Source of the DNA: the human T2T-CHM13v2.0 reference genome, Homo sapiens
Reading direction: 5' to 3' (one strand)
NCBI RefSeq assembly: GCF_009914755.1
Contig: NC_060932.1
DNA length: 64,000 bases
Positions 27,921-43,000 of this stretch are shown piece by piece. The number at the start of each line of letters is the position of its first letter. The stretch's first letter is position 1. The translations under genes and the position numbers were made by a program. Under the pieces are notes generated by a model, which saw only the letters and a list, made by a program, of their open reading frames with translations, searched no databases and had not been told where the DNA came from.

Positions 27921-29579
27921 GAATTAACCTACCTTTGTAAGTTAACTTTTCAGTGAAACTTCAGAGGTTAAAGGGAAAGTTTATCCATTTTCTTCCTATG
28001 TGGGAGAGAGATGAAAAGAAGTAATGTACTAAGTCAAATACAGCATATGCATAATTGGCCTTATTTTTTGGCATCTTCGGTCATATAAGGTTACACTTTT
28101 ATTATTACTACCATAAATAAATAAATTTCATGAAAATAAGGTTATCCCAAAAACTTTGCTTCTACCCACTTTAAAATTCTATCATGTTATGATATAAAGA
28201 GATTATGGATAATTATGAGAGATTTGCTTACTCAAATTAAGTGGGCTAAGAAGAAGTGAGTGGGCTAAGAAGTTTCTGCCTGCAGTGTTTAGAAAGCTAT
28301 CAGCAAGATCAAGCTGGAGCAGCTGTTTGCATTGCAAGTTGACTGTTTTTCAAAAGCTGATGAACTTTAGTTAGTATAACTATGGCAATGGCAAAGACAA
28401 ATGCTCACAGAAAATGTTCTCTTTCCTTCTATGTGAATGCTTCCTGTCCTAAGGCCTCTCGGGATTAGAAACTAGATCCCTTTTCATGGCATCAGCCCTA
28501 TTCAAAGATGTCAGCAGGGAGCCAGGAAAGAGGCACTCTGCAAGTGGAGCTGCCTTTCTTCCCCAGGGAGTCTGCTGCTTTTTGCAGGTGATGAGGAGGA
28601 GGTGTAATTCTCACATTTAATGAAATCTCTGAAATTTGAAGCTTTCAGTTAACATCTGGTTGTGAAAGAGAAACACTTGGCTGGCTATTTTCAAGCTGCT
28701 GGCTAGCTGGCTGGGTTGAAGGGACTTCCTGTTCACCTCCTCGGTCAAGGTAGCATGAGTGAATGGTTCAGTTTCATTCACCCCAGCAGGGGGATAGCTG
28801 GCAGGAGGAACCCACTCAAAGTGCAGGACACTCATGACAGCTGGTTCCTGCCATTCTCAGCCTGTGCCCTCTAATCAGGTAGCTGTTCAATTATGCCCAA
28901 TGAACCCTAGCTGAGCAATTAAAAAAGCAAACGCTTCCCCAGAATGGCATGGCTGCAAAAATTGATAAGTTCACCTTTGCTTGTGACTCAAGGCAGAGTG
29001 TAAGCTGTTTAAATGTTACCCTGGAGCCGCAGCTTAGGAGAGCTTTAAAGAGGGCTTAGCCTGCTCAAAGGGAAGAGGCTACAACTAACACACACAGGGC
29101 AATAGGAATTCTTGAACCATCATTACATCTTTTTCTCCTGATTTTCCCTTCTCAATGAAAATTATATCTTTCTGGCTGTAATAGAAAATATTGCAATTGC
29201 TTTGACTGGCCGGTATTCCAGTAAAATTTCATGCCCCACTGTATTTCTTTCTTTTGCTTTTAGACAATGGTGTTGTTTTGATTCCAGAACTGATAGAACA
29301 AAGGGTCATTTTCTTGGTCATTGGTTCCCTCTTATATTTTGCATTCTTTTCTTCTTCCTCTCTCCTGTCTGATCCCTAGCCACTTCAAATGATCCCCAGG
29401 CTTTCCAAAACAAGAAGCTTAAAAAGAAACCATGCAAATAGAACACAGTGGCACAAAACAGAGCCTTGAGCATGCCATCTTGTTAATGCATTGATGTAGT
29501 GATAGATCATTGAGGACAGCTTTTCCTGAGAACAGCTGGTAGTAGATATTTGTATTTTCAGAAAGAGATGCTATTATGT

Positions 29580-30130
29580 TGGTACTAGAAAAAGGTCCCG
29601 ATCCAGATCTCAAGAGAAGGCTCTTAGGTCTTGTGCAAGAAAGAATTCAGGGAGAGTTCATAGACTAAAGTGAAAGCAAGTTTATTAAGAAAGTAGAGGA
29701 ATAAAAGAATGGCTACTCCATAGACAGAGCAGCCCCGAGGGCTGCTGGTTGCCCGTTTTTATGGTTATTTTTTGATTATATGCTAAACAAATGGTGGATT
29801 ATTCATGCTTCCCCTTTTTAGATCAAATAGGGTAACTTCCTGATGTTGCCATGGCTTTGTAAACCGTCATGGTGCTGGTTGGAGTGCAGCAGTGAGGATG
29901 ACCAGAAGTCACTCTCATTGCCATCTTGGTTATGGTGGATTTTAGCCGTCTTCTTTACTGCAATCTGTTTTATCAGCAAGGTCTTTAGGACCTGTATCTT
30001 GTGCTGACCTCCTATCTCATCTTGTGACTCAGAATGCATAACCCTCTGGGAATGCAGCCCAGTAGTCTCAGCTTCATTTTATCCAGTCCCTATTCAAGAT
30101 GGAATTGCTCCGATTCAAATGCATCTGACA
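29580..30130 (-). mobile_element. MER41A solo LTR
   Basis: ~550 bp, ending ttcaagatggaattgctccgattcaaatgcatctgaca. Lacks the MER41B segment that bears the GAS sites. Confidence 0.9.
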
Positions 30131-30329
30131 ATATCATACCAGAATCTTAAGAATATTGGCAAACTTTTGATGTAGGAGATTCCATATACAAAGCTGGAGT
30201 ATTAGGGGAGAAATAAAGAAGTGTGTAAAGCTATTACTTGTTGGAAATGTACCAATGTCATACATAGAAGTAAAACAAAAAAAGTAGGATATAACCTAAG
30301 TGTTACTTAATAGAACTGGGTACATAAAT

Positions 30330-30545
30330 TATAGGAAAATGGAATATCCCACCCGAGAATATGCCTCTTTGGAATAAACATTATTTTGAGTTGATTATTT
30401 TGAGAAAATGTACACTCAGGAGAAACTGAGTAGAAAGGTATCCTTTTGTAAGGGATATTTACACTACTAAAGGAAATCTTCATTTGTGAGGAATGAAGAT
30501 TCCTCTCCTTACCAGGAGGAATGGAAAGATTCTAAATAACTGAAG
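30330..30545 (+). mobile_element. MER34-family LTR 5' fragment
   Basis: ggaatatcccacccgagaatatgcctctttggaataaacattattttgagttg. Confidence 0.65.
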
Positions 30546-31564
30546 ACTTTGAAGGATGGTGTCAGCAAGATTGTAGAATAGGATTTTCCAGTGCTGGTCC
30601 TTTGCAGAAAGATTGATTTGAACAACTTATCCATGCACAAAAATATCTTCATAAGAGCCAAAAAATCCAGGTGACAAATTACAGCCTCTGAGTGTAACAA
30701 AGAAATAAGAAAACATGTATTGAAGACAGTAGAAACACTGTTTTACATTATCCTTTTCATCCTTTCCCCAAGCCTGGGCACCATAGTGAAAAGACAGCCA
30801 CCCTTCATGTGGGTCAATGAAAGGGAAGTGAACATGACTATACTGCAGACTCTATCACCAGGCCCATCCTAGTACCAGAGTTACCCCTATGGCCCCAGCT
30901 TCAGGCCAGCAGCTGCAGACAAACATTACAGTAGACCCTGAGTCCAGGACCACTCCAGCAGACCCAGAGTTCAAGCCTGCCCTATAAGATCATAGCCTTC
31001 AGGTCCTATCCAGTGTCAGACCAGCCTCTGTGGCTCCAGGCTGTAAGCCAGCCCCCATGAACCTAGCCTTCTGTATGGTTCTTGCAGATCCAGGATTCAG
31101 GCCATTCCCTGTGACCCCAGGCACCTGGCCAGACCCAGGGCCCTAGACTTTAGGTTACCTCCAATAACCCCATGCTCCAGGGGACTCAGGGTACAGGCCC
31201 ACCTTATTAGAGCCTGGCTTTGGCTGGCATCCACAGACCCAAGCTCCAGGACAAATGCTATGAACCCAGACTACAAAACAGCTTTGCTGATTCAAGCTTA
31301 AGGCCTTCCTCACTACCGGGCTGGCCCCAGGTTCCAGGTTGATCCCCGAAGGCCCAAGTTCTAGTTAACTCAGGATCCATACTTGCTCCAGCATATCCAA
31401 GACACAGGCCCAGCTTCATGGACCCAGGCTGCAGGACCATCTGAGTACCAATTCATCCCTTGTGGACTCAGGCTTAAGGTTCAACCTAGCACCAGGTTGG
31501 TCCCTATAGACACAAGCTTGAGGCTGACTCCCACAGATGATCTAGGCCCATTCCCACAGATGCA

Positions 31565-32654
31565 TTTTGGGGGAACCCACCCCCAATATTTCAGTGTAGC
31601 TTCTTTCTATTTTCCATAAGTGTCAGCCAGCTGAGAAATAAAGAGAGACAGTATAAAGAGAGGAATTTTACAGCTAGGCTGCTGGGGGGTGACATCACAT
31701 ATCAGTAGGACCGTGATGCCCACCTAAGCCTCAAACCAACAAGTTTTTTATTAAGGGTTTCAAAAGGGGAGGGAGTGTAAGAACAGGAAGTAAGTACAAA
31801 GACCACATGCTTCAAAGGCCAAAAAGCTGAACTACTAATAAGGGTCTAACAAAGATCACATGCTTCTGAGGGAACAGGACAACAGGCAAAAGCAGAACTA
31901 CTGATAATGGTCCAACAAAGATCACAAGGCAAAGGGCAAAAGCAGAACTACAGATAAGGGTCTATGTTCAGTGGTGCATGTATTGTCTTGATAAACATCT
32001 TAAACAACAGAAAACAGGGTTCGAGAGCAGAGAACTGGTCTGACCACAAATTTACCAGGGCAGAGTTTTTCCCCACCCTAGTAAGCCTGAGGGTACTGCA
32101 GGAGACCAGGGCGTATCTCAGTCCTTATCTCAACTGCATAATACAGACATTCCCAGAACGGCCATTTATAGACCTCCCCCCAGGAATGCATTCCTTTCCC
32201 AGGGTATTAATATTAATATTCTTTGCTAGGAAAAGAATTTAGTGATATCTCTCCTACTTGCACGTCCATTTATAGTCTCTCTGCAAGAAGAAAAATATGG
32301 CTCTTTTTGCCCGATCCAGCAGGCAGTCAGACCTTATGGTTGTCTTCCCTTGTTCCCTAAAAATCGCTGTTATTCTGTTCTTTTTCAAGGTGCACTGATT
32401 TCATATTGTTCAAACACACGTTTTACAATCAATTTGTACAGTTAACACAATTATCACAGTGGTCCTGAGGTCCTGATGTACATCCTCAGTTTATGAAGAT
32501 AACAGGATTAAGAGATTAAAGTAAAGACAGGCATAAGAAATTATAGAAGTATTATTTGGGAACTGAAAAATGTCCATGAAATCTTTACAATTTATGTTCC
32601 TCTGCCACGGCTCCAGCCAGTCCCTCCATTCAGGGTCCCTGACTTCCTGCAACA
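31565..32654 (-). mobile_element. MER11 solo LTR (MER11A-like) nested in the L1 5'UTR
   Basis: Termini gggggaacccacccccaatatttca ... gggtccctgacttcctgcaaca. 6-bp TSD gatgca/gatgaa. Confidence 0.93.
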
Positions 32655-32999
32655 GATGAAGTAAATAGGTCTACTTCGGTGAACTCCACCACCAGGCCAT
32701 CCCTCATGGACCCAGAATCCAGGTCCACCCCAGCAGAACCAAGTTCCAGGCTCAATCATATAGACACAGAAACTAGACTATGACCTGTAAACCCAGTGTC
32801 ATTCTTGCCGATCTGCTGACCCAGGCACTCTACCCATCGCCCAAAGACTCCAGCAGCAAGCCTAACTGCAGACACTACCAGACAGCTTGCCAAGAATATG
32901 TGATGAGCTGACTGGTGAAGGGCTTTTCCTGATGAAGCCCTTCTGTAAGGACTGAAATGGGTGCCTACATCTTCAAATGCACAAAAATCAATACTAGGC

Positions 33000-33588
33000 A
33001 ATAAGGATCACAAATAATCAGGAAAACATGACATCAATAAAGGAACAAATTAAAGCACTAGTTACAGATACTAAAAAAATGGATATCTATGAACTGCCCG
33101 AGAAAGTTCATAACTGTCTTAAAGAAGCTCAAAATAATCTTCTTAAAGAAGCTCAGTGAGCTACAAAAGAACACAGATAGAATCCTGAACAATATCAGGA
33201 AAATAATATACAAACAAAATGAGAACATCAAAAAAGAGATAAAAATCATAAAAAATACAGAAATTCTTCTGCTAAAGAATGTAATGGCTAAACTGAAAAA
33301 ATTTCATAGAGAACTTTGACAACAGAGTCAGTCAAGTAGATTGAAGACTCTGTGAGCTTAAAGAAATTTGAAATTAATCAGTCAGAGACAAAAACAAAGA
33401 AAAGATGGAAAAAGCAAAGAAAAGCCTGCTGAACTTATGAGATACCATCAAGTGCAACAATATACACATTCTAGGGATGCCAGGAGAAGCAGAGAAAGAA
33501 AAAGAGGCAGAAAGCTAATTTAAAGAAATGAATGACAGAAAACTTCCCAAATTTGGAGAGGGAAATGAACATCCAAGTCCATGAAGTC
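33000..33588 (+). pseudogene. L1 ORF1p remnant
   Basis: LKKLSELQKNTDRILNNIRKIIYKQNENIKKEI (coiled coil) and MTENFPNLEREMNIQVHE. Confidence 0.8.
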
Positions 33589-33701
33589 TATGTTAGTCCA
33601 TTTTGCATTGCTGTAAGGAAAGATCTAAGACTGGAAAATTTACAAAGAAAAAGGGGTCATTTGATTCATAGTCCTGCAGGCTGTACAAGCAAGGTGAGCA
33701 T
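33589..33701 (-). mobile_element. MST (MaLR) LTR fragment
   Basis: gttagtccattttgcattgctgtaaggaaagatctaagactgg...ctgcaggctgtacaagcaag. Confidence 0.75.
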
Positions 33702-35859
33702 TAAAATAAACATAGTTAAAATAACTTATTAATTATACATAATATATAAAAAATAAAAATTGTGGCATCAATAACATAAAATGAGAATGGGAAGAGAAGT
33801 TAAAGGGTAGAGTGTTTATAAATTGTTGTCAGTTTAAAATTGAATGTTATAACTATAAAATGTTTTACGTACATCCCATGGTAACCATAAATTTAAAAAC
33901 CTATAGTAAATACACCAAAGAATAAAACAAGAATCAAAGTAAACTACCATAAAAAATTACCATAAAGGAAGACAAAAGTGGAAAACAGTTGAAAATAATT
34001 AACAAAATGGCAGTAAGTCCTATTTCTGGTTCTAAAATATATGATTCTTTATGTCATAATTTTTTAATGAGCGGTCCCAATGGAGTATTATTTTGGATTT
34101 TGGTCACTGTGACAGACATATGACGACTATATTTTTGGTGAATGACTCTGTCAGCAACCCTTATTAGAGTGCTACATCACAGGGTACAGGTAAGCATTCT
34201 CCCTCTTAGTCACACATATAACCAACCCTGGCAATGTAAGGAAGAGAGAACAACCCCAATGAATAAGCACCTTGATATGTTTCTAGATGAACATCTAGAT
34301 AGTTTCCAGTAGTCTACAGAGTATTTCTCTGATATTTAGATGTTTGTGAGCAAACTTATAAGGTATCATCAATTATTTAGCATTGTCAACAGTCCAAAAG
34401 TTTGCCTTACTTCAAGCTGAGGGGAAGGCGTGAATTCCAATAAAAGGAAAAATTATGTGTAGATAGATGTGTGGTGGATGTGCTTGTGTGTTCATGCCAT
34501 GTTAAAGAAGAGGTGAAAATTATCTTGTCTTTACCCAGATATGTTTCTACCTTTCCTTCTGCAGTTTGTTTTTTCCTCTGGAATTCTGTGCTTGAATTAT
34601 TTCTTCTTATCCCAAGAAATATAAGACTTAATTAGGCTCCTGATTCTGAACACAGTTACAGACACAGTATCAAACTATCCTTATGATTGTGATCCAATTA
34701 AACAAAGAGATGTGGTCATATTAAACAAGAAGTTATTATATGACTTTGCATTGTGCCTGCATGAATTTCACAATCTTAAAACTATTCCATTATTTCCTTT
34801 GCATGAAGATGAATGGATTTCTGTGGAAGGTGGTGTCTCATGGCTGATCCTGGACACGTATTTTGCAGACTCTCTTCCCTGTCACACTGGTCTCATTGGC
34901 CCATAGTTATTATTATATCTTCCACAGTGGAAGAACACAGACTTTGAGTGAAGATAGGATGGTGGGGAGCCTGAAGGCTAGTTTTAAATTGGTTAGTTTC
35001 CAGGGATGCCTGGAATTGTCCCATTGGATTCTATCCAATCTACTGTAATTGCCTAAAAATGTGTTGGGAATATCTCATATTAACACTCATTTTCTCAAGA
35101 ATGATAGAGGTCAATGTTGCTATGGTAAAATTCCTTGAAATAAATTCCTTTGATGATTCATGTGTAGTTTGTGTCAACCACACTAGTACAGCAGGTTGGC
35201 TTGTAGCCAAAATGGCTATAATGCCTCTCAGAACAACTGGGGATGGTCAATGGTGTATACTAAGTCTTCCCACAAACTCTCCCACAGAAAAAACCAGAAT
35301 GCTCATTCCTGTTAGGCTGTATTATTTACAATAGTTTCCTTCATAAGGACCTGAAGGCGAATGAAGCAAATGGCTTCAAAAAAGAGTGTCGGGATAGGGC
35401 TCGGCTTCCTCTTTTTCTAGCATAAACATTATTTCCTTCAGAAATTATCCTTTACTGGTATCATACCCTTCCCATTTGGTCCACCCTGAGATTTTCAGGT
35501 GATGCTGCAGAATGGCTAGATGTTTAGTTAGCCCTCGCATTTAAATGAACAGACTGCCCTCTGGTTCGGGTTGGGTGGACAGTGGGGATGGCGGGGGACA
35601 CAACTCTCTTCTACACATGCTCAGTATCCCTTCAATCTTTCCATGTGGTGCCTTTGGACCTAGTTTGACCAGCATCTAGAAAATGCTTTCCAACCTCAAG
35701 TCTTTTCACAATTGGATGTTTAATCCTGAGCCAGTAGATACCATGGAAACTTCCAGACATGTCTTTTCCTTTTCCTTTTCTTTTCTTTCAACCTTCTCAA
35801 AAATGCCTATTTCCTCTTTCTAACATTAGAGATTGTATATTTCATCACAAAAAGCTAAC

Positions 35860-35951
35860 AGCTGTACATATCATATACAAAAATTATATACATGTATGTG
35901 CATATATATATATGATTGTGTGTGCATGTGTATATGTGTGTGTGTGTGTGT
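35860..35951. repeat. (TA)n/(TG)n compound microsatellite
   Basis: Directly visible alternating purine-pyrimidine tract. Confidence 0.9.
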
Positions 35952-36713
35952 AAAACTGAAAAAGTGTTCCCAAGTACACAAGGCCCATGACACACACTAG
36001 AAAATTTTGCCCAATATATCTCTGACCCCGAACTTAGAGATTCACGCTCACATTTGCATATGAAGGGAACTGAAAAATCCTGCAGTCAATCTTGTTAATG
36101 TATTAATATGACTCAGAATTTGTTCTTTTATTTGTATAACATCATATAGAACTAATATTATGCGGGCATATTCAAAAACGTTGCTACAAAACAACAAATA
36201 GAACATTGTAGAGCTGAGTCCCAAGAGCTTAGTTTTTAAAGACAATACCTAAGGTAAAAAAGCTCATATGACAAAATATTTTAAACAATCAAATCATACT
36301 TATTGTGGTGAGATACTCACATTAGAGGTGGCAGGAAGAAAATGAGATTGCCTGACAAACAGATCTCTGTGTCTGCCTACTTGCTTGTTGGTAAACATAT
36401 GATCACTGAGGGAACAATGGGATAAGACACCTGTGATCTTAAATAAAATTTGTCTATTGTTTTCTGATCAAATGCATGTTTAGTTTTTAATACATTACAC
36501 ATGTATATGCTGCAACCTCACACTAGTCCTTTGAACAGTGAACGTACTCTCCCTCATGTAGAAATGTAGTTACTCTTACTAATCATTTGTAAACCTCTAA
36601 CATGTATTTTAAAACCAATCTTTGGCAGAACTGTGGAACTTAGAAATATCATCATTTTAGAGTTGAAGCCTTTCATACTCTAGTGAAAAGAAAAGGGAAT
36701 TTGAAATCAGAAG

Positions 36714-37383
<670 letters not shown>

Positions 37384-37539
37384 AGAAGACTCTGAGTAAG
37401 TCTCAGCTATGTCACTGTTTAGCTGCATAAATTTGAATAAGCTATGTAAATTCTCCCTGAATTTCAACTTCTTCATAAGTAAAAGGAGAGATTGTTATTA
37501 TCTGCATCAGAGGATTATTTTAAAAAATGAGCTAAAGGA

Positions 37540-37803
<264 letters not shown>

Positions 37804-38362
37804 TCACATAAACAGCATTGTGTCTGGAAAAACTTCAGCTACCTAGTGATCCCACTATGTGTCCTAACCTAGACCAAAAGCCTAGGTAATTTCTCACATA
37901 CAAAATGCTCCTTTCTCTGTCTTCCATAATCTCAAATACCCTTGCTTCCTTACTCACAGCTAACTATGCACAAGAGAAGCAAGTTGATAAAAAAATGTCA
38001 ACCCAGGTATACGTTATAATGAATAACTAAGTGTTGCAACAGGGTGGCATACTCTCAGAAAAGAGTTACCTTGAGGAAACCTAAACTACATGATGATAAA
38101 ATTTATGGCGACTGGGAGCCATACAGGAGGAATATTTCAGAGTGTTTATTCCCCGCACTCCTCGAGTCATAAGCCGTAGATGACCTCCACACACAATGGA
38201 AGAATCAGGAAAAATACCTCTGGGATATTCCACCCAGATACACATTATTTTGTTCGTATGTGAAATCATGGGGGAGGCTCTAACTCTGATTTTGTCAAAG
38301 AATGTAAGGGCTCAGACACGAACTTATTGATAGGGGTCAACATAGAGATCAAGAATAAAATA

Positions 38363-38660
38363 AGGCTGGGTGAGGTCGCTCATGCCTGTAATCCTAGCAC
38401 TTTCTGAGGCCAAGGAGGGCATATCACCTGAGGTCAGGAGTTCGAGACCAGCCTGGACAACATGACAAAACCCCGTCTCTACTAAAAATACAAAGATGAG
38501 CCAGGTATGGTGGCACACTCCCGCAATCCCAGCTCTTCGTGAGGCTGAGGCAGGAGGATTGCTTGAACCCAGGAAGTAGAAGTTGCAGTGAGCCAAGATG
38601 GTGCCACTGAGCTCCAGCCTGAGCGACAGAACAAGAGTCCATCTCAAAATAAATAAATAA
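38363..38660 (+). mobile_element. AluS (Sx/Sz-like)
   Basis: Full dimeric Alu with an (AAAT)n tail. Confidence 0.9.
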
Positions 38661-39395
38661 ATAAAAATAAAATAAGATTTGTGAAGCATAGTTGAATATT
38701 TGATATCCTAAACTTTTTGGGATTTACCTATTAATTAGCATTCCCACAGTAAACTCTTGTAGCTTGTAGAATGCTTTTTAGATGCAAGTGCTTCTTATTA
38801 TATTTGAGGATTGCCTTTAACTTCGGCCCTGCGCACTGTCCATTCTTAGCTTCCAACTTTCTCCAGCTGCTTTAGCTTTTCTAATACATTCCAGGTGATA
38901 GAGTAGACTTACAGATAAGCAGATTGCAAAGAATTTTATCTGTGAGAAAAACATGATAGTTTTTTTTATTTCCAATTCTCTCCAAATATTCATTTCTCTG
39001 CCTCTCCTGTCTTTTTCTTTTCAAACAAACAAAAAAAAGAGTTCTTTTTTGTTTTGTTTTTTAATATATACTTTTTTAAATCACCAAGCCCACGTATTTT
39101 GGTGGCTAGAAGGAAATACTCCTCCAAATACTAACATAAACAGTAATTCTCATCTCCCTAACATTTCACCCAGTTGGGAAATAGATATTCAAGAAAAGTA
39201 CTTCACTCCTTCCGCTAGTCTATAGACACATGGCAGAATTTTCTTCAATATACACTTGACCTTTGAACAACATGGATTTGAACTGTGTGGATTCACTTAC
39301 ATGTGGATTTTCTTTTGCCACTGATACCCCTGAGATAGCAAGACCAATTCCTCTTTTTCTTCATCCTTCTTAGCCTATCCAGTGTGAAGATGATA

Positions 39396-39741
<346 letters not shown>

Positions 39742-39769
39742 TTAATGAATAGCAAGTATATTTTCTCTT

Positions 39770-40077
39770 CTTTTTTTGTTTTGTTTTGTTTTGTTTTGAG
39801 ATGGAGTCTTGCTCTTTCACCCAGGCTGGAGAGCAGTGGCGTGATCTCGGCTCACTGCAACCTCGCCTCCCGGGTTCAAGTGATTCTCTCCTGCCTCAGC
39901 CTCCCACATAGCTGGGAATATAAGCACACACCACCATGCCCGGCTAATTTTTGTATTTTTAGTAGAGACGGGGTTTCACCATGTTGATCAGGCTAGTCTC
40001 GAACTTCTGACCTCATGATCCACCTGCCTCAGCCTCCTAAAGTGCTGGGATTACAGGTGTGAGCCACCACGCCCGGC
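39770..40077 (-). mobile_element. AluSg-like
   Basis: Dimeric Alu with a (TTTTG)n tail and gacctcatgatcc. Confidence 0.9.
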
Positions 40078-43000
40078 CCTATGATCTTTTTATTAACATT
40101 TTCTTCTCTCTAGCTTACTTTATTGTAGGAATATAGTATATAATACACACAACATAACAAAATATGTGTTAATGGATTGTTTATATTACGGATAAGCCTT
40201 TTGGTCAACAGACGGCTATTTGTAGTTATGTTTTTGGAAAGTCAAATGTTATACATGAATTTTTGACTGCACAGGTTTTGGGGAAGTGGCACCCCTAACC
40301 ACCATGTTGTTCAAGGATTAACTGCACTTTATATAGTTCTTTATTTTTTTGTTTTATTGTAGTTCTCTTTAGGAACCAAAACTTTTTTTCTCTAAACACT
40401 TAAAACATTTGAACAAAATTAAAACGTTTTTAACAAAGTTTTACAATGACTTACTTATTCATGTGTGCCAAGCTCATGGTTGATGAGATTCTTCTCCAAT
40501 ATGTGAGTAGCTCCTGATCCTTTTACTTCTGGGTAGACCTAACACTTGGATGTCTGTTGCCTATGGCACTGGGTGTACAGCTTAATTGAGCTACCACAGC
40601 TAACACAGAATAGTATCTAAATTAGCACAATCTATGAGGTGATTTCATGTTACATTTATCATTTGAGATGAACCTTCAGTCTATATTGAAAGACCATAAC
40701 CAGACATAGAAACAAATATTTTTAACAAATGCCCTGTCCTTGAGAAGTTTATAAGTTAATTGAGATAAAAGGCAGATATCAGTGAACATAAGTAAATGTA
40801 TGACTAACATAAAAATACTAACTCCTTGTTACCTGGTGTTGTTAAAAATGGAATATTCTGGTGAAACCCTATTGTAGTTCTCAAATAATTTCCTTTCTTT
40901 GGTTTCTAAGCAATAACTCCAAAATCCATTTTTAAATTGTTAAGCTATCCTACAATATCATTAAACATAATGTTACTGTACATGTTCTGAAACACCAATT
41001 AAAAGAAAGATATGATTAGCAGAATATCAGTTAACAAAGATTATATGGTTGGTGTAAAATTATTTAAAGTTGTGCTAAGCTTTTTATGAGGAGTTTTGGT
41101 CTACATCTATGCTTATATGTATATCTATATATGCATACAAACATATATGTAAAAATATGCCTATAAAATGGCAACCATATGGTATGTTTTGTATACATGT
41201 CAATGTCAGAAATCAGTACTATCAAAGTGTGTAAACTATGATTTAATTAGGATCTCCAGCTGCTTTCCACAAACACTTATCATCACTCTGACATTTTGAC
41301 TCATTCACAATCTGGTTTTGTAGTGTTGCTAATAACTCTATTTCTTTACTGTGTTTATTTTCCAGTTACCATGTTGTACTGAAAAAATAATAATCGGGCA
41401 TCCTATATGAGTATCATAATACTACGCTTTATTTTTATTGTTATTCATTACAGAATTATATTGTGATAATTGTCTGAGTGATATAGCCACTAATCATCAA
41501 ATTCGTATAACTTTGATTGATATAACAGTTCAGAAATCTCTCTTAATCCAATATTACTATAGCCCTAGACTTTAATTTAATGACCATCAGGTTATCCTAC
41601 AGTTGAGGATATAAATATATGCCCTAAACTTTCAATACTTTATACACTATCACTTTGAATATCTGTATAAAACTCATTCTCTGCTCTGCAGTGCTGACAA
41701 ATAATGGCATAAGAAAATGCTGATATTATATAGTTAGAATGAACATCTCTTTATAACGTCCAAAAAAAGAACTCTGAGGTTTTATTTGTAGCTTCTCATG
41801 TATTTTCCTAACTTCTACAAATGAGTAAAGTTATTCAGGGTGGTTTGGTTTCCATTTGAACAAGGTCCAGGAGGTAATTGGTCAAAGAGAGAAAGGCTGG
41901 CATCACTGGCTTCGGTGTATTATTATCTTGGTGCCTGGTTCTAATGAATGCCATTCAAGGAGGCCAGATGCATCAGCCTAGGAAAGAGCCTGAAGAGGGA
42001 CATCATTATCATTGATATTCATTGCTGATGTTGATGTGATCATTACGAGGAATAAGGATATCTGCCAAGTGTGTGGTGAAGTCACAAATTGCCAGCTACT
42101 ACAAAAGAAAATGCCTTAACAAAGAAAAAAAATGAGGACATGTTCCCTGGAAAAGAACAGACTCTTATCCAAAGACAGAACTAATAATAAAGAGTCAATA
42201 AGGATGAAATAAATATATTTGTTAAAGGCAGGTGGACATACTTGGAGAAAATAATGTACCCTAAGATTATAAAATCACAATGCCCACTTGTAATAGGTTT
42301 CTCTTCCTTCCTATGAAATAAAAATCAGATTTAGAAAGGCTAAAGCATATAATTCAAAAAGTTTTAAAATTATGAATGGAGGATTGACTTCCGGATTCAA
42401 GAAGAAAATTCTGATTAAAAAGAAGTAAAAAAAAAAACCTTCAGATTATGTGTCTGAGAGGCTGGAATCTTTAATACAAATAAGAAAATATTTTTATGTT
42501 TCATTTTTCAATCATTTTGTGCATAAAAAGATTTGACATGGTTGCTCCTGGAACAGTTAGCTCTTAAAAATTTTAATGTGTATGAAAAAGCAAACGTTGT
42601 TGACATCCTCTCCTTTACTACCTGTGTAATGTGTGTGGTATCATTAAGATTTGAATTTGGCATTGCTTTGTCTTCACTATGCTGTGTTTACTTAGCAATT
42701 TTCTAACTTTCTCTATCCCCAAGGAAAACCATTAGGTCCCATTTGAGTTTACTAGCATTGTCCAGTAAATTTAAAATGCGGGAGACAGCTTGAAAGGAAC
42801 AAGAGAGCACTATTCATTGGTTAATTAAGCATCTTACCTAAACAAGTCTTTTTTTTTTTTTTCTAGTCAGGCCAGCAAAAACAAAACTATGTTCAGCAAA
42901 GTGTCCATGCAGAAGGGAAGAAGAGAAGGAATCATTGATTGTGTAAGTGAGAAATGAGATGGTATTCAGTCGACCCAGCAGGGATGTCACTCTGGCAGCA

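Larger units (their letters stand above)
26230..28000 (+). mobile_element. LTR B, 3' piece (26230-26588 and 27921-28000), interrupted by MER50 and LTR8
   Basis: gttaataaatttgtgtgccttttctccaat joins to taacctacctttgtaagttaacttttcagtgaaacttcagagg...cctatg. Confidence 0.7.
30550..34022 (+). mobile_element. Old L1 (L1M-type) 5' portion: 5'UTR, ORF1 remnant, inter-ORF region and start of ORF2
   Basis: 5' end gtcagcaagattgtagaatagga, GC-rich UTR repeats, ORF1p-like peptides, and aacaaaatggcagtaagtcc at the ORF2 start. Confidence 0.8.

Noticed and set aside
28239-28272. Short duplication agtgggctaagaag
   Set aside because: An ordinary slippage duplication of ~20 bp with no further structure.
29580-30130. 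MER41 as an interferon-gamma/STAT1 enhancer
   Set aside because: This copy is MER41A-type. attcatg joins directly to cttcccctttttag, so the tandem GAS segment of MER41B is absent.
34023-35760. Possible processed pseudogene or ERV env on the minus strand
   Set aside because: Hand translation gave frequent stops and no motif I could recognise, and I saw no polyA or TSD. It is left unassigned; BLASTx or Dfam would decide.
41800-42270. CxxC-containing peptide (DICQVCGE) suggesting a zinc-finger exon
   Set aside because: There is a single CxxC, stops nearby and no convincing splice sites, which is compatible with chance.
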